From a bacterium (GTDB lineage Bacteria; Patescibacteriota; Saccharimonadia; UBA4664), in the NCBI GenBank assembly GCA_016699105.1, contig CP064960.1:811696-875695 (forward strand): 64,000 nucleotides of DNA, in the 5' to 3' direction. The notes below the pieces were generated by a model. That model was not told the origin of the DNA. It was given only the letters and a program-made list of their open reading frames with translations, and did no database searches. Shown piece after piece: positions 30,919 through 40,026 of this stretch. The position numbers and the translations under genes are program-made. The stretch's first letter is position 1. Every line of letters begins with the position of its first letter.

Positions 30919-33363
30919 TCAATCGTGCGCACGCGGTAGCGTGAAACCAAATCTAGTACCATCGGTGGATGAGGAATGTTCGAGCCAGAGTCGGCCCTTC
31001 ATACTTTCAATGAGCATTTTTGATATATAGAGTCCCAGGCCTGTCCCGCTGGCAGTATCGCGGGTGATGAGACTGTGGTTAGCTTGTTGGAATTTGCGAA
31101 AGAGGTATTTTTGATCTTCAAGTGCAATGCCTTGCCCGGTATCGGCGACGATGACCTCGCACGCGTGATGGCTGAGTGTTAATTGGACAGAAACACTACC
31201 TTTGTCGGTAAACTTCAATGCATTGCCCACAAGATTGTAGAGCACTTGTTTGGTACGATCGCGGTCGGCACGGACAATTATGGGTGCATCAGTTTTGCCG
31301 TTGCAACTAATGGAGAGTTTGAGGTGTTTCTCACGAGCCGTAGACGACAGATCGGCCAAGGTTTCGCGGACAGCATCACAGAGTTTGAAATCAGAGAAAT
31401 GCCATTGAATTCGTTTTTGCTCGATTCGCGACATATCTAGAAAATCATTGACAATATTGATGAGCCGGACACTGGATTCGTGAATATCGTTGATCATGCT
31501 CGAAACGCCAGGATCTTTTAATTGATCGTGATAGTAATGCTGCAACATACTCGTATTGCCTCGAATGGCGGTTAGAGGAGTGCGTAATTCGTGGCTGGCA
31601 ATGGAAAAGAATTCATCACGTGAGCGTTTCGCGACGGCTTCCTCAGTAATGTCTTGGATAAGGATTACGAGTCCCAGGATGTGATTATCGCTGCGAATAC
31701 TGGTTATAAATATACTTAGGTCTTTATTTTTATTGGTTGTTATTTGGAGTTTGGTCTGTGTTTGCTTGCCATTTTGGATTTTGGCAATGCCGTCCATGAA
31801 CTTGGCGGCTTCAGATCGACTTATGCAGCTGGCCAGTTCGGCAAGGTCAGGTACAGTGGCAGCGGCAAGTCCAAGGACGCGGGCGACGGCAGCATTGCGG
31901 GTAATGATTAATCCGTTCGGGTCTGTCATGACGAACCCGTGGCTGAGGGCTTCAACTGACGCTTCGAGACGGGCATGACTGTGGCGTAATTCGCGCGTAC
32001 GATCAGATAATTGCGACATATAGGTAGCAAAAGTCTCCGACAGCTCTTCGAATTCGTCGCCGGTAGAAATGTCTGGTTTGACAAATTTACCGTGATGTTT
32101 CGCATATTCAACTGCTCGTATAAGCCGAGACAGTGACTGGCTGAATAGTTTCATAAAGATAATAGCGGCTACCACATTTAATAGTGCCACAATTATTGTG
32201 ATTACAAATATCGGAAACATTTTTGATTTGATGACGTAATAGAAGTCGGACAGGTAGACCACCGTTCCAACTTTGATAGAATCTTTCGATTGAAAGGCAA
32301 TTAATCGAGGAGTGACATTTAGGTCAAGGATGGTCGCCTGTCTTTGGGAAATGTATTGGGCTTGAATATTACGTGTGAAATCTGACGTTGGTAACGGATC
32401 ATGTACAGATTGAACCCAGGAAAAGCCATTGGCTCCAAGATTAATTTGATTGACGCGAGCAGCTGTCGGTATACCGTTGGGATTTGCGGGATCATTGATG
32501 GCTGCATTCACCTGCTCGGTGGCAAGTTGTGTCACGTGATCGCGTAAAATTAATTGAAACGACTGTGCATATAACAAAATCAGCATGCACATGCTACTGA
32601 GAATGATAAGGGTGACTGCTCTGACCAGCTGACTACTAAATCGTCGTTGCCGTGGCTGAATATTATATTTGAGGCTCAGCTGTTGCCGGACAGGTCCGAG
32701 AATATTATTGTGCACTGCTTCAAAAAACAGAGCTAGTAATGGAGACATCATCAAGCCATTGCCGAAGTGTTTCCAGGCTTCGCTAGCAGGTGCAGATCCA
32801 ACGTAATATAGCGATAGTGATCCAATGCTATACCCAAGGATAACCAAGGCATAAACCATAATAGATTGTTGCCGCGGTAGGTTCTGGATATAATTCATAA
32901 GTTTTTGCGGATTTTGAGTGGTACCGGTTTTGATAAATTGAGCGACAGGTTTAAAACGATAGCTGACGTAACTTAAATAAAATATGCCGAAAGCCGACAC
33001 TTCCCAGAAGAAATTAAAGACACTGAGCAAGCGTTGGGAATCATTCGTAACCACCGTTGATTCTTGGTACATTAGCCCAAATGTCCAGAACCAGATTGAT
33101 AATGCTGCCCAGGATACTATTAAAAGACGTTGCAACATCGTCAAAGATTGGCGTTGCTGCCACGCTGCGATAACAAATGCCAAATTACATACCTGCGCTA
33201 AAGCAATTATCAGAAATAATTGCCACCAGTTTAGTGGCCAGTCACTGATAAATCCGAGAAAAGTGTAGCTGCAAACACCGATAATTGTCAGTATTGCCAA
33301 CACTAGCCATGGCCACACCGACTGATGTCGAATCATTGACACAGATTTAATCTGAGGACTCAT
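30919..33363 (-). CDS. sensor histidine kinase (polytopic N-terminus, PAS-like, HisKA, HATPase_c); no cognate response regulator adjacent
   Basis: HisKA H-box FFSIASHELRTPLTAIRGNTSML; N/G boxes LYNLVGNALKFT..., ADTGQGIALEDQKYLF, GTGLGLYISK. Confidence 0.85.
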   Translation of the reverse strand: MSPQIKSVSMIRHQSVWPWLVLAILTIIGVCSYTFLGFISDWPLNWWQLFLIIALAQVCNLAFVIAAWQQRQSLTMLQRLLIVSWAALSIWFWTFGLMYQESTVVTNDSQRLLSVFNFFWEVSAFGIFYLSYVSYRFKPVAQFIKTGTTQNPQKLMNYIQNLPRQQSIMVYALVILGYSIGSLSLYYVGSAPASEAWKHFGNGLMMSPLLALFFEAVHNNILGPVRQQLSLKYNIQPRQRRFSSQLVRAVTLIILSSMCMLILLYAQSFQLILRDHVTQLATEQVNAAINDPANPNGIPTAARVNQINLGANGFSWVQSVHDPLPTSDFTRNIQAQYISQRQATILDLNVTPRLIAFQSKDSIKVGTVVYLSDFYYVIKSKMFPIFVITIIVALLNVVAAIIFMKLFSQSLSRLIRAVEYAKHHGKFVKPDISTGDEFEELSETFATYMSQLSDRTRELRHSHARLEASVEALSHGFVMTDPNGLIITRNAAVARVLGLAAATVPDLAELASCISRSEAAKFMDGIAKIQNGKQTQTKLQITTNKNKDLSIFITSIRSDNHILGLVILIQDITEEAVAKRSRDEFFSIASHELRTPLTAIRGNTSMLQHYYHDQLKDPGVSSMINDIHESSVRLINIVNDFLDMSRIEQKRIQWHFSDFKLCDAVRETLADLSSTAREKHLKLSISCNGKTDAPIIVRADRDRTKQVLYNLVGNALKFTDKGSVSVQLTLSHHACEVIVADTGQGIALEDQKYLFRKFQQANHSLITRDTASGTGLGLYISKMLIESMKGRLWLEHSSSTDGTRFGFTLPRAHD

Positions 33364-33703
33364 TCACGTATAAGTATACCGTATAAGCACAAGCGTAATA
33401 CATTGTTTTTATTCTTTATTTCGGGTGGAGGTCGTCTGGGAGCTTGGTGAGCTCGGGGATTTGCTTTTGGAACAAACTAATAATGGTGCTAGTTTGGTCG
33501 CTGACGTTGTCGGAGGTATTGCCGTAGATTGAAGATAGTGTTTTCGAAGGGTGTCATAGATATGTTATTGCAAAATCGCGCCCGAGGACGCGTCTTGACA
33601 AGAGTATTATGCCATAGCAGTAGTTTGTGTCAGCCGATCGAAAATTTCTAGATGATGCAGGGATAACGGAGAGCCTCTTTTGAATCCGCAATTTACTCGA
33701 TAC

Positions 33704-34819
33704 TCAGGAATACAGTGATTCCCAGAAGTCGTTTTTTGTAATGCCCACTACTGTGATGTCGGGATATGCTGCGGTAAAGCCACGCGGTATGCGCGGTTGC
33801 TTGTTCCATTTACACTCGAACGCCACAATTTTTCCTCCAGATTCCTCGACGAGATCAATCTCTTGCTTGTCTCGAGATCTCCAGTAATAACTTCGAGTGT
33901 ATCTTTGATCTGCCTGGTTCTTCTTGAGTCTTTCGACCAACACGAAGTTTTCCCATAGTGCGCCGACGTCTCCGCGGAGTTCGAGCGGCCCGAAGTCATC
34001 GATGAGGGCGTTACGCATGCCTAGGTCGTAGAAATAGATCTTGCGTAAACGCCCCACTTGCACACGCTGGTTCTTTCGGAATTGAGGGAGTCTAAATACG
34101 ATGAAGGCTTTTTCTAATAGATCGATATACCGCATGACTGTTTCTTTACTTACCTCAAGATTGCCGGCTAATTCACTATAGCTAACCTCGCTTCCAACTT
34201 GGTGTGCCAATAAGCGTAGCAGGTTATCGATAACTGTTTGGTCATAGATCGTTCCGAGGGCAAAGGCGTCTCTGTAAAGGTACCGGTTAGCGATCTCTCG
34301 TGCTTGCGCTGCAGCCTCTGCTTCGTTGAGCATCCATAGGCCTGGGTAGCCGCCGTGTACTAGAAGTCTTTGGAGATAGCCGTCGGCCTCGATGATATTA
34401 TTAGCTACTTCTTTTAGGCCGAGGGGGTACAGAAGTATCTCGCGGGAGCGTCCTGTGAGCGGTTCTTTGATCTTGTTTGCTAGATCTAGGCTAGAGCTAC
34501 CTGTCAGAAGGAGTTTTTTCTCGGGCATTTGGTCATGAATTAATTTGGCGGTCAGACCAATATTTTCTACACGCTGGGCCTCGTCAATTACTATCATATC
34601 GGCATTCGTGACTATCGCACGCAATCCGGCCAGTGATTGGCTCTGGAGACGAGATAATATTGCCGGGTCATCACAGTTTAGGTATAGACCACTCGCGGCA
34701 CCTGCAAGAATCTTATTGGCCAACGTAGTTTTCCCTACCTGCCTTGCACCATATAGGATAGTCACAAAGCCATCATCTAGAGATTTTAGTATTTGCGATT
34801 CAATGTATCGATCTATCAT
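33704..34819 (-). CDS. AAA+ ATPase of the AAA_14/DUF4143 family
   Basis: Walker A GARQVGKTT, Walker B MIVIDEAQ, and a DUF4143-like C-terminal region. Confidence 0.7.
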   Translation of the reverse strand: MIDRYIESQILKSLDDGFVTILYGARQVGKTTLANKILAGAASGLYLNCDDPAILSRLQSQSLAGLRAIVTNADMIVIDEAQRVENIGLTAKLIHDQMPEKKLLLTGSSSLDLANKIKEPLTGRSREILLYPLGLKEVANNIIEADGYLQRLLVHGGYPGLWMLNEAEAAAQAREIANRYLYRDAFALGTIYDQTVIDNLLRLLAHQVGSEVSYSELAGNLEVSKETVMRYIDLLEKAFIVFRLPQFRKNQRVQVGRLRKIYFYDLGMRNALIDDFGPLELRGDVGALWENFVLVERLKKNQADQRYTRSYYWRSRDKQEIDLVEESGGKIVAFECKWNKQPRIPRGFTAAYPDITVVGITKNDFWESLYS

Positions 34820-34918
34820 AAGTAATAGTTTAAAACACGTTATTATAGCGAGTCAAGTAGCAATAATGACGTGTTAATTGATAGTTCCTGTGTTTAAATT
34901 TTATGCAAGATCCAAAAG

Positions 34919-35110
34919 ATGGTGACCGAATTGACTAAAAATGACCCATCCAACAGATACGAGGAGGGTCATTTAGAACAAGAAAATGTGTTGAGATCTA
35001 TATGGCAGGGGTGGCAGGACGCATATCGAACTTTTGAGGCTGATCCCGTGATTGACGAGGAGGAAATTCGAGAAGTATTGGCGGTAGAGAATGGCGACGC
35101 AGCCCAATGA
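34919..35110 (+). CDS. small acidic protein (63 aa), translationally coupled (ATGA) to the downstream HKD nuclease
   Basis: Acidic ORF (many D/E) overlapping the next start by 4 nt. Confidence 0.3.
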   Translation: MVTELTKNDPSNRYEEGHLEQENVLRSIWQGWQDAYRTFEADPVIDEEEIREVLAVENGDAAQ

Positions 35111-35574
35111 GACTTTCTTTATTCTGCCATCACTCCCCTGCTTTGCCTTCGTCGACATTGCTCAATGAACGAACATTTTACAAAGCTTTTCTTCGTGACC
35201 TCGACAATTGCCAGGAGTCTTTGCTGATTGAAAGTCCATTTATCACCCAGGCGCGCATGAATGCGCTTTACCCCTCATTTCGTAGGCTTACGAAAAGAGG
35301 GGTTCGAGTAGTGGTGAATACGCGCGATCCTAATGAACATGACTTATCAATGAGGTCGCAAGCTCTCGTAGCTGTTGGGCATATGCAAGACCTGGGCATT
35401 ACGGTCTGGTACACCGATTATCTCCATCGAAAGCTTGCAATACTAGATTCCACGATCATGTATGAAGGTAGTTTGAATATACTATCTCAGAATTGTTCTG
35501 CCGAAATTATGCGAAGGACTAATGACCAAATTATGGCTAGAGCTACTATGAAATTCTTGAATATTGTCTTTTAA
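35107..35574 (+). CDS. single-HKD phospholipase-D-superfamily protein (Nuc-like endonuclease candidate)
   Basis: Perfect HxK(x)4D(x)6GSxN motif: HRKLAILDSTIMYEGSLN; 155 aa is the size of Nuc/BfiI-type single-HKD nucleases. Confidence 0.6.
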   Translation: MRLSLFCHHSPALPSSTLLNERTFYKAFLRDLDNCQESLLIESPFITQARMNALYPSFRRLTKRGVRVVVNTRDPNEHDLSMRSQALVAVGHMQDLGITVWYTDYLHRKLAILDSTIMYEGSLNILSQNCSAEIMRRTNDQIMARATMKFLNIVF

Positions 35575-36233
35575 TCAACTCCTTTTCCGAAGTCGACCAT
35601 CAGTTACGTACCCTCGTTAGTCGTACACATTTATGAATCCTTTTATTCATTAAAATGCTTCCTTCATTCATATTTCTATCATTTATAATTAAGAAATGAG
35701 TATGGCACCGCGGTCTATGCCCCTCTGTAATTCCGAAAACTACTATAAATATCCCTGAAATCGATGTATCTTAATTGCCATAATTTGAGTGAAAAACGTT
35801 AATCTACAGTATGAACGTTAGGTTTGAATGTTGTTTGTTTAAGGTCATGAGTAGTAGTCTCCTTAACATTAACTGGTTGAAACTCGCTACAAATGCCACC
35901 TTAATTACATATATACGGTAATTATTGAAGACCAACGCTATGCGAGAAAACGAGAAGTTACCAAGTACACTTGTTTCCCTAATGCAATGATTCCTTGTTA
36001 TCAAAATCACTACAAACTAATAGTCACTTGGTTTGTTGTTCAAATATTGTTCTAATAACCGATAGTAATAAAAAAAAGACCAAATCCGATAAATGCAATC
36101 CTAGCCGCATTTTCTTCTTTTTGCCCAAATTTAAAACTCCAGGTTTTGTTCTGACTGTTAATAGCAACTTTGGCTAGCTTCTTATTGAATATTACTGCTA
36201 CTGCACCAATGCTAAATGATATGAACTGTTCCA

Positions 36234-36527
36234 TTATTTCGTGGTGGTTAAATTAATTATCAAATAACTTAAAATAGCATAGATAACAAAAGCACTGCCT
36301 ACAATTCGCAAAAATATGAGTCCTTGGCGTATGTCTGCGTCGTCAGTTTTAATGCTTAGCATTGAGTCTCTCATGTCGCTCATTGTTTTTGTCGTTTGAT
36401 ATGGAAAGATGGCGAGAGTAGCTCCAAAGATAGCTAATATTAAGTAAAATATCATTCTCATCCTTACTTTAGTAAGTATCATACTACGTGTGGGTAAAAG
36501 GCGACGTAGATGGTACGTATGCTCCAC
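36234..36527 (-). CDS. small membrane protein (hypothetical) in an AT-rich island
   Basis: 97 aa, 2-3 TM helices; AT-rich codon usage distinct from core genes. Confidence 0.3.
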   Translation of the reverse strand: MEHTYHLRRLLPTRSMILTKVRMRMIFYLILAIFGATLAIFPYQTTKTMSDMRDSMLSIKTDDADIRQGLIFLRIVGSAFVIYAILSYLIINLTTTK

Positions 36528-36651
36528 ACCTCAATCTTGGTTTACTGCTGCCACAGACTCCGCTAGGGAAACTTAGAGGCAAGTCCACGGGGTAATGATG
36601 AGTTATGAGTCCACAAAGCTGCTAATCAAGCAATTGCAGCTCAACCATGTC

Positions 36652-36861
36652 TTAGTCCGCTGAAATAAATATTCTTATGACCCCAATAACACATAGCAAA
36701 ATCCCTATATACTTGGCGGCAGAGGGACCATATTTTGTATCATTTGAGTCGACCTTAGCTCTAAAGGCTTTATCTCGAACCTTGAGAGCATAATTATTAA
36801 ACTCGTTCGGCCAAAACACTAAGTATAATCCGAACAACAGCACTATAATCCCAGATATCAT
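36652..36861 (-). CDS. small 2-TM membrane protein (hypothetical)
   Basis: 69 aa, two hydrophobic helices. Confidence 0.3.
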   Translation of the reverse strand: MISGIIVLLFGLYLVFWPNEFNNYALKVRDKAFRAKVDSNDTKYGPSAAKYIGILLCVIGVIRIFISAD

Positions 36862-37040
36862 AATATGATCAAAGATATTACATATATTAGTAGAGAGTAT
36901 AAGGGTAGACTCTCGCTCATTTATACATCCTGGTCAACCATGAGTTTTAAAATGATTGACACCCATGTGATACACACCACTATGCTAAATAGTATAAATT
37001 GATTCACCCTACCTTACTGGAATACTGTTTATATTGAATT

Positions 37041-37463
37041 CTATCTGTCAACTTTTTGAGCCTGACCGTCAGTGACATATTCTAGTTTGCCATATGCATC
37101 GAGCGATACTAATATTTGCTGGTATGTTCCATTACTAATGGTATCAACATCGCCTAATCTAAAATTAATTAGCCAATAACCAATGTAATCGCTATCAATA
37201 TCAGTAACGCCTAATGGCCATGATTCACTGCTAAGTACTTTTAAATTGTTGCAGCGCTCAATATCCTTTACATGGCTTCTGCAATACACCCTGGCGTGGT
37301 CAGCTGCGATGACCTCTGCTCTAGACTGTGATATGCGGCGCGTTTTTTCATAGATGTTGAGGCTTATTACACTTGCCATTAGTAGCAGTGATATAATTAT
37401 AAAAGAAGATAAAGACTTTATTGTTATCTGTAGTTTACGTAATTTCAGTTGCGATTTTTGCAT
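37041..37463 (-). CDS. N-terminally anchored small exported protein (hypothetical)
   Basis: 140 aa; TM/signal anchor then a hydrophilic domain. Confidence 0.3.
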   Translation of the reverse strand: MQKSQLKLRKLQITIKSLSSFIIISLLLMASVISLNIYEKTRRISQSRAEVIAADHARVYCRSHVKDIERCNNLKVLSSESWPLGVTDIDSDYIGYWLINFRLGDVDTISNGTYQQILVSLDAYGKLEYVTDGQAQKVDR

Positions 37464-37492
37464 AGTTAGTCCCTCTTACCACTAACCTTTGT

Positions 37493-37693
37493 TCATTTGG
37501 CAAGCATTTGTACTAGCGTCACTATACCAATGACAATAAATATTACGCCAGTTACGGGACCGTATGCTTTTATGACCCGCTGACGCTGTGGACTAACCTC
37601 AATGGTTTTCATTACTTCTTTTGTCATCCAGTCTCTAAATACTATACTTGCCACTCCGCCAAGAATGAAGAGGATCGAGGTTAATTTATTCAC
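37493..37693 (-). CDS. small 2-TM membrane protein (hypothetical)
   Basis: 66 aa, two TM helices. Confidence 0.3.
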   Translation of the reverse strand: MNKLTSILFILGGVASIVFRDWMTKEVMKTIEVSPQRQRVIKAYGPVTGVIFIVIGIVTLVQMLAK

Positions 37694-37839
37694 TGGTAAG
37701 CTTCCTTCTTTGTAGTATTACTTAAATTTAAAGAATGAGTATGGTAACTTGGTCGATATCGCGACGCAAGCAATTGGGCTCCATCCCATTCCAGTTGCCG
37801 CGCCACCTGCGAGTATGTCTAAGTCGTCACTGGGCATAT

Positions 37840-38295
37840 TTATCGGTTTTGTGTTCGATAATTTGAGCGGCCCCACAACCTAACATTCGCCCATATTATG
37901 AAAAGCGATGGTATTAATGTTACGACGACAGTAATTAGATACCTCCCTGATGCGATGAACAGTCCACCGAATATCATGATTAAACTCACGACCGCCATGG
38001 CGATACCACTGCGGAACGACAACGCTAAACTTTCCAACTCTCTGCTACTATGCGATTTGGACAATAGATCAGGAAAAGTTTTCGCAGCCCTAAATTTACT
38101 ATGTATATCAAATCCAAGGAAAAGTTCGAGGTGATCCATAAAAAATCCCCATGATAATCGTTCCTGTGGTTTTAATTTGCCTATCCTGATAAGTAAGAAG
38201 TTAACCGCATTGATGTAGGCTTGGCTGATCAGCATCAGTAGGCCAATCATATATATGAACATGAAGTAGAGTGGTAGCTTTTCAAAATCAAACAT
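37840..38295 (-). CDS. small polytopic membrane protein (hypothetical)
   Basis: 151 aa with four hydrophobic segments. Confidence 0.3.
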   Translation of the reverse strand: MFDFEKLPLYFMFIYMIGLLMLISQAYINAVNFLLIRIGKLKPQERLSWGFFMDHLELFLGFDIHSKFRAAKTFPDLLSKSHSSRELESLALSFRSGIAMAVVSLIMIFGGLFIASGRYLITVVVTLIPSLFIIWANVRLWGRSNYRTQNR

Positions 38296-38405
38296 TATTA
38301 ATCCCTTAATTTATAAACCAATCTGCCGTAGGTATGAGCCGGTGGCGCCTGGTGTTTCATAGGTGCTCGAGCTGGAATAGTTGAGGCCGGTAGTAATCGA
38401 AATAT

Positions 38406-38780
38406 TTATTCTACGCTCGCATACCAACCGTCGTATTCTGCATCGAATATGTTGGCCAAACGTATAATAAGTGCCTGATCATCAAAAAGTGTTTGTTCTG
38501 TGATTGCGTAGTTTTGTTTTGTAGCGGTGACCCACAATAAATCTGGATTGAGATGATCCTTTTCAATTTTAGTAACCCAATCAATTTTGTTTAAGTGTTG
38601 AGATAAAGCTTCTGCGTCTTCTAATCTTTTCAAATTTCGTATGTCAAAATTCATTTCTCGTGGTGTAGACAATGGCTTATTCGAAGCTTGCGACAGCTGC
38701 TGAAGCAATTTCTTGTTAGGATCATTATCCGCTATTTCATTGACCCATTTCGGGATTTTATTGAATAATCTTGAAATCAA
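38406..38780 (-). CDS. hypothetical cytosolic protein; candidate orphan immunity protein
   Basis: 124 aa, AT-rich, in the tandem array downstream of the RHS toxin. Confidence 0.3.
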   Translation of the reverse strand: MISRLFNKIPKWVNEIADNDPNKKLLQQLSQASNKPLSTPREMNFDIRNLKRLEDAEALSQHLNKIDWVTKIEKDHLNPDLLWVTATKQNYAITEQTLFDDQALIIRLANIFDAEYDGWYASVE

Positions 38781-38851
38781 TTATTGTCTCCATCTTGAAT
38801 CAAATAAAAATGGTGGTAGGATTCCAAACTAACTGCATTCTAATTGAGAAT

Positions 38852-39295
38852 TCAATCAATAATTGTGTATAAACGATACGTATCGTCAATACTATAATTT
38901 ATTGGATCAAATATTTTTTTATATACCCATTCCATAGGAAAAATAGTGTTTCCATTCGCTAACTTTAATGCATATGTTTGTTCGTTAGTTTTGGGGTCAT
39001 TATTCATCCAAAGTCCTTTTCCTAATTTGCGTTCAGCACATTCAGCAATATACGACCCAAAGCATTCAGCGATTCCGTTTACACTTTCGTTATTAGCAAT
39101 TTGAATGTATGTTATCAGGCCGTTGTCCTTTACTTCAGCAGCAATCCGGACTAGTACTGCGTCGACGTTTGCCATAGACTTTACGTCGTAATCAAGATTG
39201 ATCCCTTCATTTGCAGCTATAAAAATTGCATGTTTTTGCATAGCTTTTTGAGCTTTGTGAAATGTGCTATTCAATTTAAATCTTTTAATAAACAT
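38852..39295 (-). CDS. hypothetical protein; candidate immunity protein
   Basis: 147 aa, AT-rich, co-oriented in the array downstream of the RHS C-terminal toxin. Confidence 0.35.
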   Translation of the reverse strand: MFIKRFKLNSTFHKAQKAMQKHAIFIAANEGINLDYDVKSMANVDAVLVRIAAEVKDNGLITYIQIANNESVNGIAECFGSYIAECAERKLGKGLWMNNDPKTNEQTYALKLANGNTIFPMEWVYKKIFDPINYSIDDTYRLYTIID

Positions 39296-39308
39296 TTGTT
39301 CGTGGACC

Positions 39309-39980
39309 TTATGAATATTTCTTTAATAGTTCTTGATATCTGTTATTCGTGTTCAAGATTCTATTTAAATATTCATATGCGGTAGATTTCGGCGAATTTA
39401 ATATTTTATTAATAATATCTGCGGCCTCTTCTTCATATTTATACAACTTTAGCTTGTTGCTAATAACTAATGCTATTGAAATTAACAACACATCTGAATA
39501 GTCAATTTGTTGGATATCATAAATGTTTTTATTCTTTCGTAATAGAAAATCGAGATAGCCGTCCATAGATTGTATTTTGAGAAAGAAATTACGTGCATAA
39601 ATACTTATATCATGGTGTAGTTTAGAGCTAAAATAGGGTTCTCGGCTAGATAAAATATACGGTTGCTGTAATTGAGACTGCCCAGCCATATTGGATACTA
39701 TGAATTGTAAATCCATTGCGCCGGGCCACAAATGTAAATCCGTAATTTTGAACTTCTTTGGTTGGGCTAAAAACTTTATGTAAACTTCCTTGAAGTTAAT
39801 ATCACCTTTAAATTGTTCGTCCGAACTTTTGTTGAGTTCTAAGCTTAACTCTATCTCTATTTCATTATTCTGGTAACTGAGTATTTTGTTTCTAGCAATA
39901 AATCCTATCTGTTGTAGATCTGTTTCAATTTGATGCAACAAATAGCCTTTTGTTATTCTTATAGATTTGTCGTCAATCAT
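39309..39980 (-). CDS. candidate cognate immunity protein, immediately downstream of the RHS C-terminal toxin
   Basis: 223 aa ORF starting 46 nt after the RHS stop, same strand, AT-rich; position fits toxin-immunity pairing. Confidence 0.4.
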   Translation of the reverse strand: MIDDKSIRITKGYLLHQIETDLQQIGFIARNKILSYQNNEIEIELSLELNKSSDEQFKGDINFKEVYIKFLAQPKKFKITDLHLWPGAMDLQFIVSNMAGQSQLQQPYILSSREPYFSSKLHHDISIYARNFFLKIQSMDGYLDFLLRKNKNIYDIQQIDYSDVLLISIALVISNKLKLYKYEEEAADIINKILNSPKSTAYEYLNRILNTNNRYQELLKKYS

Positions 39981-40026
39981 TATGGCCTCTAATGATATAT
40001 AAAGAAGTTTAGTACGCCGTCTGCCC

